A stretch of 58,318 nucleotides of DNA from a virus. Taxonomy: Duplodnaviria > Caudoviricetes. Below are positions 15,941-25,649 of the stretch, piece by piece. Location of the stretch: positions 1-58,318 of IMG/VR virus record IMGVR_UViG_3300021373_000362. One strand, 5' to 3'. Every line of letters starts with the position of its first letter. Position 1 is the stretch's first letter. The notes beneath the pieces were generated by a model, which did no database searches, was not told the origin of the DNA, and saw nothing but the letters and a program-made list of their open reading frames with translations. The translations under genes and the position numbers were made by a program.

Positions 15941-18751
15941 ATGCAAGTAGAAGATTTTTTAAGAAGGGTATTGGGGGAAGATGGGTATTACTGCCTATTC
16001 TCTTTCCATACGAAGGGCGACAGGAGGGTACAGAAGTTCTATACCTCCATAGGGGACATGGCTGATGCCGCACGTGAGAGAGACAGCAAAGGATATGATT
16101 CTTATTTTGCACTTAGTACATTTAAAGAAACAAATTCGCGTAGAGTAGATAATGTACACCAACTCAAGTCTTTCTTTTTAGACCTCGACTGCGGGGTGAG
16201 TAAAGATTACCCAGATCAAGATAAAGCCCTTATAGCATTACAGGGGTTCTGTAAGACGTTATCACTCCCCAAACCTAAACTAGTTAACTCTGGGCGTGGC
16301 GTACACGCATACTGGTTCCTTTCGGAGCCGATAGGATTGGACGACTGGCTCCCTGTGGCAGAGCGTCTAAAGAAGTTATGTGCTGAACATGGACTACTAG
16401 CTGACCCTGCTGTCACTGCCGATGCCGCTAGGGTACTGCGCGTGCCTACTACGCACAACTATAAGACTGATCCCCCATCTCCTGTAGATTTCTTTGGGGA
16501 TGACCACCCTGACAACGTAGACTTTGATAAATTCTCGGCTTTGTTGGGAGGAGGGTTGATACCAGTTCCCAAGAAAATGATTCCGTCAGGTAGCAATGCG
16601 GTTATGGATGCATTACTTGGTAACAAACAAAACAAATTTAAAGACATAATAGCCAAGACTATGCACGGTACAGGTTGTGAGCAACTACGTAGTATATGGC
16701 AAGACCAAGAAAATTGTAGTGAGCCTATGTGGAGAGCAGGGCTATCTATTGCTAAGTTCTGCGTTGACTCTGAGTCAGCGGCACGCAACATATCTAAAAA
16801 CCATGCAGAGTACACTCCCGAAGATACACAGGCAAAGATGGAACTTATTAAAGGGCCATACAAGTGTACGTCTTTTGACGAGTTCAACCCTAACGTGTGC
16901 CCGAACTGTCCTAACTGGGGGAAGGTGAAGTCCCCCATAGTGCTAGGCAGTAGCGTGGTGGAAGCTACCGAAGAAGATAATGTGGTGGAAGTACCCGCAT
17001 TAGACTTACCCAATGCCCCAACTACTACCTATGTTATTCCGGCATACCCGAAGCCGTTCTTTAGGGGTACTAATGGAGGCGTTTACCTACGTACCACCAA
17101 TGCCGAAGGCGACCCCGATGAAAAGGTTGTCTACCACAACGACCTGTATGTAGTTAAACGTATACAAGATGTCGAGATGGGTGAGGCTGTAGTTGTTAGA
17201 CTGCACCTGCCTAGAGACGGCGTTAGAGAATTTACGATACCCCTTACCTCTGTAACTTCCAAAGAAGAATTGCGGAAGCAGATGTCTATGAACGGGGTAG
17301 CTGTATCGAGGATGGATGAACTTATGACTTATATGACTACGTGGGTAAACGAGTTACAGGCTACTAGCGTTGCAGACGAAGCACGTAGGCAGTTCGGGTG
17401 GACAGATGATTCTTACAAATCATTTGTAGTAGGCAACCAAGAAATATTTGCGGACACTATAAAAGCTAACCCTCCTTCTACCCCCACAGCGGGGCTGTTT
17501 CATGCGTTTGAACCTGCGGGTACGCTACAGGAATGGATAGATATGGCCAACTTTTATGATCGTGATGGGTTTGAATTACACCAGTATATAGTTGGATCAG
17601 CTTTTGGATCACCACTTATGGCGCTTAGTCCCATAGCCTGCGCAGGGTTCCACGTGCATAGTAAAGACAGCGGCCTTGGTAAAACTACTGCTATGAACGT
17701 AGGGGCTTCAGTTTGGGGCGACCCAGAGACTCTGGTGCTTGATAAGAACGACACGCAAAACTCCAGAATGTTACGCGGAGAGGTATACCATAACTTACCA
17801 TTATATATTGACGAGATGACTAACGCTAAGGGTGATGACTTGTCAGATATGATATATCAACTGTCTGGAGGTAAGCAGAGAAACCGTATGACAGGGGGTG
17901 GAGCAAACACTGAACGAGCACGGGGTAAACCTTGGAGTCTATTAGCTGTTACTACAGGCAACACTAGCATCATTGAGAAAGTCAGCATGTATAAGGCTAT
18001 GCCGAAAGCAGAGGCACAGCGTATGCTAGAGACCAAGGCGGTTAAGCTGTTCAAGGAATCAGGCACTAAAAGTATTACGGACGCCCATGCACGTAACTCT
18101 GTCAGCATATACGGTCACGCAGGTACAATTTACATACAATATGTTATGGCTAACATCGAAGGTGTTAAGTCTTTACTAGCTACAGTACAGGCCAAAATAG
18201 ACTCAGCGGCAGGGCTTACAGCGGAGAACAGGTTCTGGTCGGCAGGAGCGGCATCCAACCTAACAGGGGTGCTTATAGCTAAGAAGTTGGGACTTGTTAA
18301 TTACGATACCAATAAACTTTTTAAGTACGTTATTAAGCTACTACGCGAGAACATGCACTCGGTATCGGATATGACTTCTTCAGCGGCAGATACCCTGAAC
18401 GACTACATACACGAGCACTGGGGTAGCATACTTAAAATTAAGAGCACTGACGATCTACGGAAAGGGCAGGGCAACGGTATGGATGGGTTAGTAATACCTG
18501 AACTAGACCCTAAGATTCGTTTAGTAGGTAGGTATGAAACGGATTTGAAACGTGCGTATTTAGTACCGAAACCTTTAAAGGCGTGGTGTGGACGACAGCA
18601 GATAAACTATGGTTCGTTTGTACAGGAACTTAAAGAAGATTTTGGGGGTAAGACTATGAAGATGCGACTAACTAAGGGTACTACCACACAACTACCACCT
18701 GCAAATGTAATATCCGTAGACTGTTCTAGGGTAGATGTAGATACACTATAA
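15941..18751 (+). CDS. Primase-helicase (RepB/AEP-like primase, Zn finger, DUF927 / SF3 helicase)
   Basis: DLD, SGRGVHAYW, DAARVLRVP; C...CPNC; Walker A GLGKTT, YIDE. Confidence 0.88.
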   Translation: MQVEDFLRRVLGEDGYYCLFSFHTKGDRRVQKFYTSIGDMADAARERDSKGYDSYFALSTFKETNSRRVDNVHQLKSFFLDLDCGVSKDYPDQDKALIALQGFCKTLSLPKPKLVNSGRGVHAYWFLSEPIGLDDWLPVAERLKKLCAEHGLLADPAVTADAARVLRVPTTHNYKTDPPSPVDFFGDDHPDNVDFDKFSALLGGGLIPVPKKMIPSGSNAVMDALLGNKQNKFKDIIAKTMHGTGCEQLRSIWQDQENCSEPMWRAGLSIAKFCVDSESAARNISKNHAEYTPEDTQAKMELIKGPYKCTSFDEFNPNVCPNCPNWGKVKSPIVLGSSVVEATEEDNVVEVPALDLPNAPTTTYVIPAYPKPFFRGTNGGVYLRTTNAEGDPDEKVVYHNDLYVVKRIQDVEMGEAVVVRLHLPRDGVREFTIPLTSVTSKEELRKQMSMNGVAVSRMDELMTYMTTWVNELQATSVADEARRQFGWTDDSYKSFVVGNQEIFADTIKANPPSTPTAGLFHAFEPAGTLQEWIDMANFYDRDGFELHQYIVGSAFGSPLMALSPIACAGFHVHSKDSGLGKTTAMNVGASVWGDPETLVLDKNDTQNSRMLRGEVYHNLPLYIDEMTNAKGDDLSDMIYQLSGGKQRNRMTGGGANTERARGKPWSLLAVTTGNTSIIEKVSMYKAMPKAEAQRMLETKAVKLFKESGTKSITDAHARNSVSIYGHAGTIYIQYVMANIEGVKSLLATVQAKIDSAAGLTAENRFWSAGAASNLTGVLIAKKLGLVNYDTNKLFKYVIKLLRENMHSVSDMTSSAADTLNDYIHEHWGSILKIKSTDDLRKGQGNGMDGLVIPELDPKIRLVGRYETDLKRAYLVPKPLKAWCGRQQINYGSFVQELKEDFGGKTMKMRLTKGTTTQLPPANVISVDCSRVDVDTL

Positions 18752-18752
18752 C

Positions 18753-18968
18753 ATGTTAATGGTAGATGATTTATCGCCCGACGGAATTAAGATCGTGGTG
18801 AACTGGGATGCTATGCACGTGGGGGCATCTGTGTTTATACCGTGTCTAAACACTCAAGTAGCTAAAGAACAGGTTGTATCGCTGTTTAAACGTAAGAAAT
18901 GGCAAGTTAAAGTAAAAATAGCCATAGAAAATGGCAAATTAGGTATACGTATCTGGCGTACTATATGA
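18753..18968 (+). CDS. Hypothetical protein (71 aa)
   Basis: Last ORF of the + arm; VGASVFIPC...GIRIWR. Confidence 0.75.
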   Translation: MLMVDDLSPDGIKIVVNWDAMHVGASVFIPCLNTQVAKEQVVSLFKRKKWQVKVKIAIENGKLGIRIWRTI

Positions 18969-19022
18969 TACTATATGAGACGTAGTGAGACTCCCCTGAC
19001 TCACTATGGTTATACCCCTCTC

Positions 19023-19060
19023 AACCCCCTGCTCGTTTCCGAGGCGACAGGGGGTTTTTT
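19023..19060 (+). terminator. Rho-independent terminator at the convergence of the two arms
   Basis: AACCCCCTG-CTCG-TTTC-CGAG-(GCGA)-CAGGGGGTT followed by a T run. Confidence 0.8.
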
Positions 19061-19061
19061 A

Positions 19062-22000
19062 TTAATACCCTTTGTTGTACTCCATGTTACTAACCATTAT
19101 CGCGTGTTGCATCAGCGGGTTTATAGTAACTCCATTGTGCATCTTGGCTGACGTAGCCATGTGCGATTTAACTGACTTGCTTATCTGCTCAGGAGTTACA
19201 GCTACAGTAGGATGTCGGTTGTTATGAGCTATTATATCCTTTAGTACTTCCCCCATAGTTTCGTGGTCGCCCATCCGCTGTGCAATGTAGAACTTCTTAG
19301 TGAGCATAGACCGCTTAGAAGTAATGGCTTTTTCTACTCCTTTGTTCCGTGCAGATATTTCTTGGCGGTACGTATATTCCGCAGGAGGGAATCCGAAAGC
19401 CTGCGCCGCAAAATCTCCTACAGTCATGTCATCGTAGATGGGGTCTTTCCTGCGAGATTGTATACCACCTTCCCTCGCGTAACGCCCTACGGTGCTACGG
19501 TACAAATTAGTAATACCGGCAGGCATAAGGTTCTCCATACCACGTTCAAAGCTACCGTACTCGCTTGAGTTGAAGTCATCGTATGCACGCTTGAGTCTAG
19601 TGCCTGTACTTAATGCAGGGCCACCTAGATAGAATCCTAGGCTCTCTTCGAGAGATGGGTCTTTGTTAAACCTGTTTTCCTGCAACACTAGGTTACTTAA
19701 ACTTACACGTGAGGCTACATCCGTACCTGTTAGCGCGGTGACTGCACCTTTGTACCAACCTTCACCTAAGTATTTACGTGTTATGGTGCGAGCATCGTCC
19801 TCTTCATCATCCAAGAACATGTCAGCTATCATAGTGACTGCGCCATATAGCGGAAGCCCCTGCACCCCAGCAAAGAATAACGCCGACATGTGTATACCCA
19901 ACATCTGTTTAAACGCCATGTTACGTAGTTGCTTACCTTCAGCGTCATTAGCAAACATATTATCTGAAGCTAACTTAGCAGATTTCAGCATGGTGTAGTA
20001 CATCTGTAGGCCGTAACTCTTATACATCAAAGCCACACGCCCGATACCCTGCTGTGAGTACCCTGCCGCAGTCTCTAGTACAGAACCGCCATTGGTTTCC
20101 TGTGCAAAGTATAGGGCTTCTTCTGCCGCTAACTCCATACGCGCTTCGGAACTACTAGGCACGTCTACAAACTTGGCCTGTACCGCACTGTAGAACTTCT
20201 TATCTCCTTCAGCCTTGTGCATAGCATCTAGCTTGTCTAGGTTGAGGTCGTATGACGCGGCTACGGTTGTCTGGCGGTTAAACCTTTCTGCCGCGTTGAA
20301 CATAACAGCAGACAGTGCAGACGTACCATCTAGAAACCTAAGAGCACGGTTCTTGTTCTTTTTACGTCCTACGTCATTCACGCCTAGCTGGTCGGCTATA
20401 GTAGAGTGATGTATCTGTCCACGGTTCTTAGCCATCTTTACTAGGGGTATCATACGATTGAAGTGCTTTATCTTCGCGTCAGCTTCCGCCTTGGTAGCAG
20501 AGGTATCCCGTATTTTCTTCTCTTGAGAAGGTTTTAAGGTGTACACATCATCCCTAGTAACGACTCCGTTAGCATCAGTAGTACTAACTTCTTTAATGTC
20601 GTAGTACTCGTCGATAGATATTTTAGATGCACCTACAAACTTGGACGCCCTACCCAAAGCGGCTGTAGATTCCATAGCCCCAAACTTACTTGTTAGGTAT
20701 GGCCCAACTACTAGAGGTATCTGTGACAAGTTAACAAGTGCTGACGAGGCGTTGAAACCAATGGTGTAGATAAAGGCTGTCTGGTTAGCGCGTTGGAAGT
20801 ACGGCTCCGTACCTTTGTTCTTAGCGCCCCTCCGTGCAAAGTCTGCGCGGTTCAGCATTTCATCTCTAACCATACCGAATGTATCTTCGTTAACGCCTTC
20901 AGGAGTACCCTTGTCATACACTTCGTCTATGGCTCTTTCGATCGCACGTATGTCCCCACCATAACGCATCTTCTCTATTTGAGCGCCAAGGTCGTAACCT
21001 TTTACTTGCATACCTAGCCCAGCATCTTGTATGTACCCAAGGGTGTTCTTACGTTTTTGTAGGGACTTAGCGAAAGAAGTTTCTGGGAGAGACTCGATAA
21101 ACAGCCGCATGACTTGCTCTTGCATTTCCGCGTCTTTATCCTGCCCGCTCGCGGATATTACGTCTAATACGTCAGCTACGAAAGAACCTGCGGGAGCACT
21201 CTTCCAACTAGACTTCCTAGTGTCCGCATTATATGACTCTACTGTACCTTCTACAGTGTCGGCGTCATCTTGGACTGTCCTCAAGGCGCTATCCCGCTCT
21301 CCCTTAGTTTCAAACATAAGGAATACTGGTTCTTCTCGTATGTTACCGTTGTCGTCAGCGATGCGAGTAGAGTAAGACAGCTTATAATTACCTTGACGTA
21401 TCAGAGGGAAGTACACATCCATAGTCTTGCTATCTAATAGACGTTCGTTCATCTCTTTCTTTATCTTCGCTTTAGTAGACCTAGGCGTGTTATCACCTAT
21501 TGCATCTATCTCACGGTTAATAACAGCTATAAGGTCTTCGTGCATACGCTTGTATTCTGCACGCAGAGCGGTGAACTGATCCCTACCGCCTTTGTTTAAC
21601 TTCTTCCATTGCTCTTGGTTGGCTTTCCACACTTCAAATAGATTTCTGTCGTCTAGTGCAGTCTGCCCGCTGTATTTCTTTTTAGCTTCCGCCTCGGTAA
21701 GAGTAGGGTCTACCTGATATATAGTAGCGCCGTGTTCTTGGCTGTAGATAATGTTATCTAATAACTGCTTCTGCTCTACGTTCTTCTTGGCCCACTTGTT
21801 GTAAGCCTCCAAGACATTTTCTATCTTACCGTCCGCTCTTGCGATAGCCCCTCGCTGTTCCTCGAACTTGGCGTGTAGCTTTATGCCTAACTGACCAAAC
21901 CCATTGTTTCTGGCCACATCGCCCAGTGCTTGAGAACCCGTTAACTTGAGAAAGACTTCTTTAGCTGTACCTTTAACACCGCTGTTTAAGAAGTCCGTAG

Positions 22001-25000
22001 CACCCTCAATGAAAGATCGCTTGGAGCCAGTAGACACGCGCTTTTGGATGTCCGTCATGTCGTCCATTACTTTTCTAACACCGTCTTGGGTAGACACCAT
22101 GTTCATCGCGGGCGCGTCTATGGTATTAATGTTAGGTGACAGCATGGTGAGTATAGCCGCGTCAGCGGAATCCAGTGCAGAACCTACAGGCTTGGTGTCC
22201 ATACCGATAAGTCTTCGTACAAAATTAGTAACTGCACGGTAGAATCGCTCTAGGGCGCTGATGTCTTGGCCTTTCGGGTTTATAGATGCTAGCTTGTGTT
22301 GGAAGTCGGGATTACTAAACGCCTCAGCGACAAACTCGTTAAGGTTCTTTGCGCCGTAAGCTGTGTCTAAGTACGGCTTAACGTCTTCGTACAAATTGTT
22401 TAACTGCTTAGTTGCTGGGTGTGACTTGTTCTTCAGCACGTTAATAGTGGCCGCGTGCGTAGTCTCATGCAGTAAAGCATGTATGGTCAGGGGCATATTC
22501 GAGTTAAGTATTACGGTGTTGATCTTAGGATCAAACAAACCTGCAACGTCACTTCTGTCCCCAATGTCGTAGCCTTTGTCTTTTATAGCGGCCTCATTAG
22601 CCAATTCTATCTTGGTGTCCCCTGTGTTTTCAGCCAATGCCCTAGCTATCTGCTTCACGCGTTTACTCTTAGCACTCTTAGCAAGGGACTGCAATGCGCC
22701 TTTTAAATCACCTTTCTTCAACAACGCGCTAACGTCTTTAGGCAAACGCTCCATAGCCTCGACAGTTACCTTGGGGTCTAGTTCCAAGTTAAGTATGTCA
22801 ATTTTACCGCCGCCCGCTAGGAAGTTTACCGTGTCAGCCGCTACCCTTGCCGATACTTGTGCGGGGGACATATCTTCAGTAAGAGGTGGTTTGGTAGCGG
22901 TCTTGGCCTTACCCTGTACTTTCTCTACGGCTTCGGCAACGGTCGCCAGTTCTTGTTCTTTCTTACTTAGCTTTCGTTGTGCCCTAGGAGTCTCTTCGAC
23001 TACTTTCTCGGCTTTCTTTTTAGGTTTCTTGCGGTCTGGAGTTACCTGTACCTTACCCTTACTAGCTTCTTCTATCTTCTTATTTCTTGATTCTTCTTGA
23101 CGCGCCTTCCTATCTTCTACTAGTTGGGCTTCTGCCGCTTTAGTACTGCGCTCGTCAATAGTTTTTTGAGCCGCAGTTGCTCTTTCTTTAGCGACTTGCA
23201 GTTGCCTATCTAGCTGGGCGTTAGTTTCTGCACTAAGATTGTCTTTAGCCCACGATAATACCGCTTGAGCATTGGCTCCGCCTGTACCCTGTAAGTTTTC
23301 TGCGAGGGGGTCTACACCTGTAGGTAGCGTACCGCTAGGCTTAGTCTCTTTTGCCTCGTCATAGGTTCTATACTTTTTGCTCTGAGGATCACCCGCTTCG
23401 CTAACAGCGTTGATAAGTGCATCAGCAGGAGTGTCGAACTGATTCAGGTATTTTTGCACTACTTTAGCTTGCGCCTGCGCTTCTTTTGCTCCTTCGGTAA
23501 GGTCTTTACGAACCTGTCTTGGGAAAGTTGTGCCCTTTAACGTCTCTAACTTCGCTGTATCTTGATCCAGTGCAGGGTGACGACCTATAAACTGGTCGCT
23601 TTTGCTAAACCTAAACTTGTTTGTGTCTGGGTTAATAGTACGTACAGGAGGAGCAGTCTTTGCCGCAGGAGCCTCGGTAGTGCTAGAGGGAGTAAACCCG
23701 ACCGCTTCCAACTTCTTCTGCATGTCTGTCTTCGGCTTCGGTTTTGCTTCTACTTTGGGCGGCTTACCCATTAGGGTCGCCATGGCGGTTTCTACTAATG
23801 CACCACGCTTAGTTCTTTCTCCTGCTCTAGTAGGGCTAGTGCCTTCGACAGGGCTGTCCAATCCTGCAACGTCAGTTGGTGCAGTATCTCTGGCACCTTC
23901 AGGGGTCTCTCTCCCTGCCACGACTGCTGGACTATCTTGAACGCTGTCTCTACCTCTTCCTGTGTCAACTGCTGTAGTAAGTCCACTTTCGTCTCCAGTT
24001 TCGATAGCACGGCGGGTCACGCCTTGTCTCTTGGCGGCGGTCTTACTCTGCATACCACCTAGAGGTTGCTGTTGCTGAGTTTGTTTAGGCGTACGCTCCT
24101 TAACTTGTGCTTCTAACTGCGCTAGTGCCGCTCTGTTTTCGGTTGCTATGGCGGCATCTCTAGCCTCTGCCTCTGCAACATCTAGGGTACCTTCAAATAG
24201 TACGGCGTATTCCTGCTCTATAGCACGTTTTTCTTCTGCGTCTCTAGCCGCCTGAGCTTCGTCTTCTGCTAACAAGGCTTCGACTTCAGCCGTCTCTTGC
24301 ATGTCCCGTAGCTGCTCTTCTTCTGCACGAGCTACCATGTCAGGTTGTTCAGATATAGCTTCTTGATCCGCCGCTTCTGCCGCTTTCTTACGCTCTCGCG
24401 CTATCTTTTTGCGTCCGTACCCAGCTAAGATTTGTTCTGCTAGTTCTACATCTTCCGCAGAACTATTTTCATCAGCTATTACGGCCTCTAGCTCCGCAAG
24501 CTCGGCGTCTTCTAGTTCAGCCGGAAATAAATCTTCTTGGGTGTCTTTGCGTTTGTCTCTGGCCTCTTGTTGGCGGCGCTCAAACTCAGCTTGAGTACGT
24601 CTATCACGCACGTCTGCACTGGGCATGTCTCCCAAGGCTATTTGAGCTTCTGCTTCCTGCTCTCTTCTAGCTTCGTCTCGCGCTCTACTAGCTTCTTCTT
24701 GTTGCGCACGCGTGCCAGCTTCTCCGGTAGGGCTGACTACTATATCATCGGATGGCGCGGGAAGTAGCCCTGCGATTTCTACAGCTTCTTCGTCAGTTAT
24801 GTCAGGAGCTTCGCCACCATCAGTAGTGCGAGCACGCCCCCTAACAAGTACGTCTGTAAGCGCCTGTAGTATGGCACCTGCACCGCCGCCTATGGTAGCT
24901 TCATCGAGCACACCGGCATTGAGTAGTTCTGCTTCGGGATCATACCCACGAGCGTTAAGGTTTTGTAATATTGCGGCGGCGGCTTCCTGTGCGCCTTCAG

Positions 25001-25634
25001 TTACGCCGGTAGCTGCGGCACTACGCACACGACTGCCTATGCCTGATATGGCTTGTGGGCCAAGTTTATCTAGTACTTTTTGTACGCCGGGAATCTGAAG
25101 TCCCTTGGCAATTCTACCTAGGGGAGCGATCTCAGTCAGGCCGATAGCGGTACCACGGAGGGCGGCGGCACTTCTTTCTTCCTCGGTAGCACCAAACTCT
25201 CTTGCGCGTTCACTTGCCTCACCTGCACCTGCACCACCAGCAATAACACCCGCAGCAGGTAATGCAGCAGGGCCGAGCAGTGCGGTGGGTAGCAGTGCGC
25301 CTATAGAACCAATGCCAGAAGCTAGCTTATAGGATAGGGCTTCTTTGTCTCCACCTTCGGGACGGAAAGACTCGGCCACACGCTTTATCTTGTCACGTGC
25401 TTTGAGTTCTTCTTCCTCTTCCAATAAGGTAGCGCCACCAAGAGCGGCAGACTCGTACATACCAACGGCACCAGCACCAAGTCCTGATAACACGTTCTCA
25501 ACAAAACCTGCGTCACCACTACCTTGTTTTGCTACTTCTTGGCGTAGCATTAACGTAAGTTCTTGTACAACCTCGTACTCGCCATCTTTGTATGCTAGGT
25601 CAATAGCTTTTGATAGCTGTTCGATAGAAGCCAT
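19062..25634 (-). CDS. Large polyvalent-type internal/ejected virion protein with zincin metallopeptidase domain (2190 aa)
   Basis: GLFDP...ALLHETTH...EFVAEAF zincin; Gly/Ala-rich N-terminus; last gene of the virion arm. Confidence 0.75.
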   Translation of the reverse strand: MASIEQLSKAIDLAYKDGEYEVVQELTLMLRQEVAKQGSGDAGFVENVLSGLGAGAVGMYESAALGGATLLEEEEELKARDKIKRVAESFRPEGGDKEALSYKLASGIGSIGALLPTALLGPAALPAAGVIAGGAGAGEASERAREFGATEEERSAAALRGTAIGLTEIAPLGRIAKGLQIPGVQKVLDKLGPQAISGIGSRVRSAAATGVTEGAQEAAAAILQNLNARGYDPEAELLNAGVLDEATIGGGAGAILQALTDVLVRGRARTTDGGEAPDITDEEAVEIAGLLPAPSDDIVVSPTGEAGTRAQQEEASRARDEARREQEAEAQIALGDMPSADVRDRRTQAEFERRQQEARDKRKDTQEDLFPAELEDAELAELEAVIADENSSAEDVELAEQILAGYGRKKIARERKKAAEAADQEAISEQPDMVARAEEEQLRDMQETAEVEALLAEDEAQAARDAEEKRAIEQEYAVLFEGTLDVAEAEARDAAIATENRAALAQLEAQVKERTPKQTQQQQPLGGMQSKTAAKRQGVTRRAIETGDESGLTTAVDTGRGRDSVQDSPAVVAGRETPEGARDTAPTDVAGLDSPVEGTSPTRAGERTKRGALVETAMATLMGKPPKVEAKPKPKTDMQKKLEAVGFTPSSTTEAPAAKTAPPVRTINPDTNKFRFSKSDQFIGRHPALDQDTAKLETLKGTTFPRQVRKDLTEGAKEAQAQAKVVQKYLNQFDTPADALINAVSEAGDPQSKKYRTYDEAKETKPSGTLPTGVDPLAENLQGTGGANAQAVLSWAKDNLSAETNAQLDRQLQVAKERATAAQKTIDERSTKAAEAQLVEDRKARQEESRNKKIEEASKGKVQVTPDRKKPKKKAEKVVEETPRAQRKLSKKEQELATVAEAVEKVQGKAKTATKPPLTEDMSPAQVSARVAADTVNFLAGGGKIDILNLELDPKVTVEAMERLPKDVSALLKKGDLKGALQSLAKSAKSKRVKQIARALAENTGDTKIELANEAAIKDKGYDIGDRSDVAGLFDPKINTVILNSNMPLTIHALLHETTHAATINVLKNKSHPATKQLNNLYEDVKPYLDTAYGAKNLNEFVAEAFSNPDFQHKLASINPKGQDISALERFYRAVTNFVRRLIGMDTKPVGSALDSADAAILTMLSPNINTIDAPAMNMVSTQDGVRKVMDDMTDIQKRVSTGSKRSFIEGATDFLNSGVKGTAKEVFLKLTGSQALGDVARNNGFGQLGIKLHAKFEEQRGAIARADGKIENVLEAYNKWAKKNVEQKQLLDNIIYSQEHGATIYQVDPTLTEAEAKKKYSGQTALDDRNLFEVWKANQEQWKKLNKGGRDQFTALRAEYKRMHEDLIAVINREIDAIGDNTPRSTKAKIKKEMNERLLDSKTMDVYFPLIRQGNYKLSYSTRIADDNGNIREEPVFLMFETKGERDSALRTVQDDADTVEGTVESYNADTRKSSWKSAPAGSFVADVLDVISASGQDKDAEMQEQVMRLFIESLPETSFAKSLQKRKNTLGYIQDAGLGMQVKGYDLGAQIEKMRYGGDIRAIERAIDEVYDKGTPEGVNEDTFGMVRDEMLNRADFARRGAKNKGTEPYFQRANQTAFIYTIGFNASSALVNLSQIPLVVGPYLTSKFGAMESTAALGRASKFVGASKISIDEYYDIKEVSTTDANGVVTRDDVYTLKPSQEKKIRDTSATKAEADAKIKHFNRMIPLVKMAKNRGQIHHSTIADQLGVNDVGRKKNKNRALRFLDGTSALSAVMFNAAERFNRQTTVAASYDLNLDKLDAMHKAEGDKKFYSAVQAKFVDVPSSSEARMELAAEEALYFAQETNGGSVLETAAGYSQQGIGRVALMYKSYGLQMYYTMLKSAKLASDNMFANDAEGKQLRNMAFKQMLGIHMSALFFAGVQGLPLYGAVTMIADMFLDDEEDDARTITRKYLGEGWYKGAVTALTGTDVASRVSLSNLVLQENRFNKDPSLEESLGFYLGGPALSTGTRLKRAYDDFNSSEYGSFERGMENLMPAGITNLYRSTVGRYAREGGIQSRRKDPIYDDMTVGDFAAQAFGFPPAEYTYRQEISARNKGVEKAITSKRSMLTKKFYIAQRMGDHETMGEVLKDIIAHNNRHPTVAVTPEQISKSVKSHMATSAKMHNGVTINPLMQHAIMVSNMEYNKGY
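23795..23986 (-). CDS. Overprinted small protein (63 aa) in an alternative frame of the 2190-aa gene
   Basis: GGAG 6 nt before GTG; amphipathic helical sequence MDLLQQLTQEEVETAF...EKELSVVH. Confidence 0.55.
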   Translation of the reverse strand: MDLLQQLTQEEVETAFKIVQQSWQGERPLKVPEILHQLTLQDWTALSKALALLEQEKELSVVH

Positions 25635-25649
25635 ATAACTTAATCCTTT

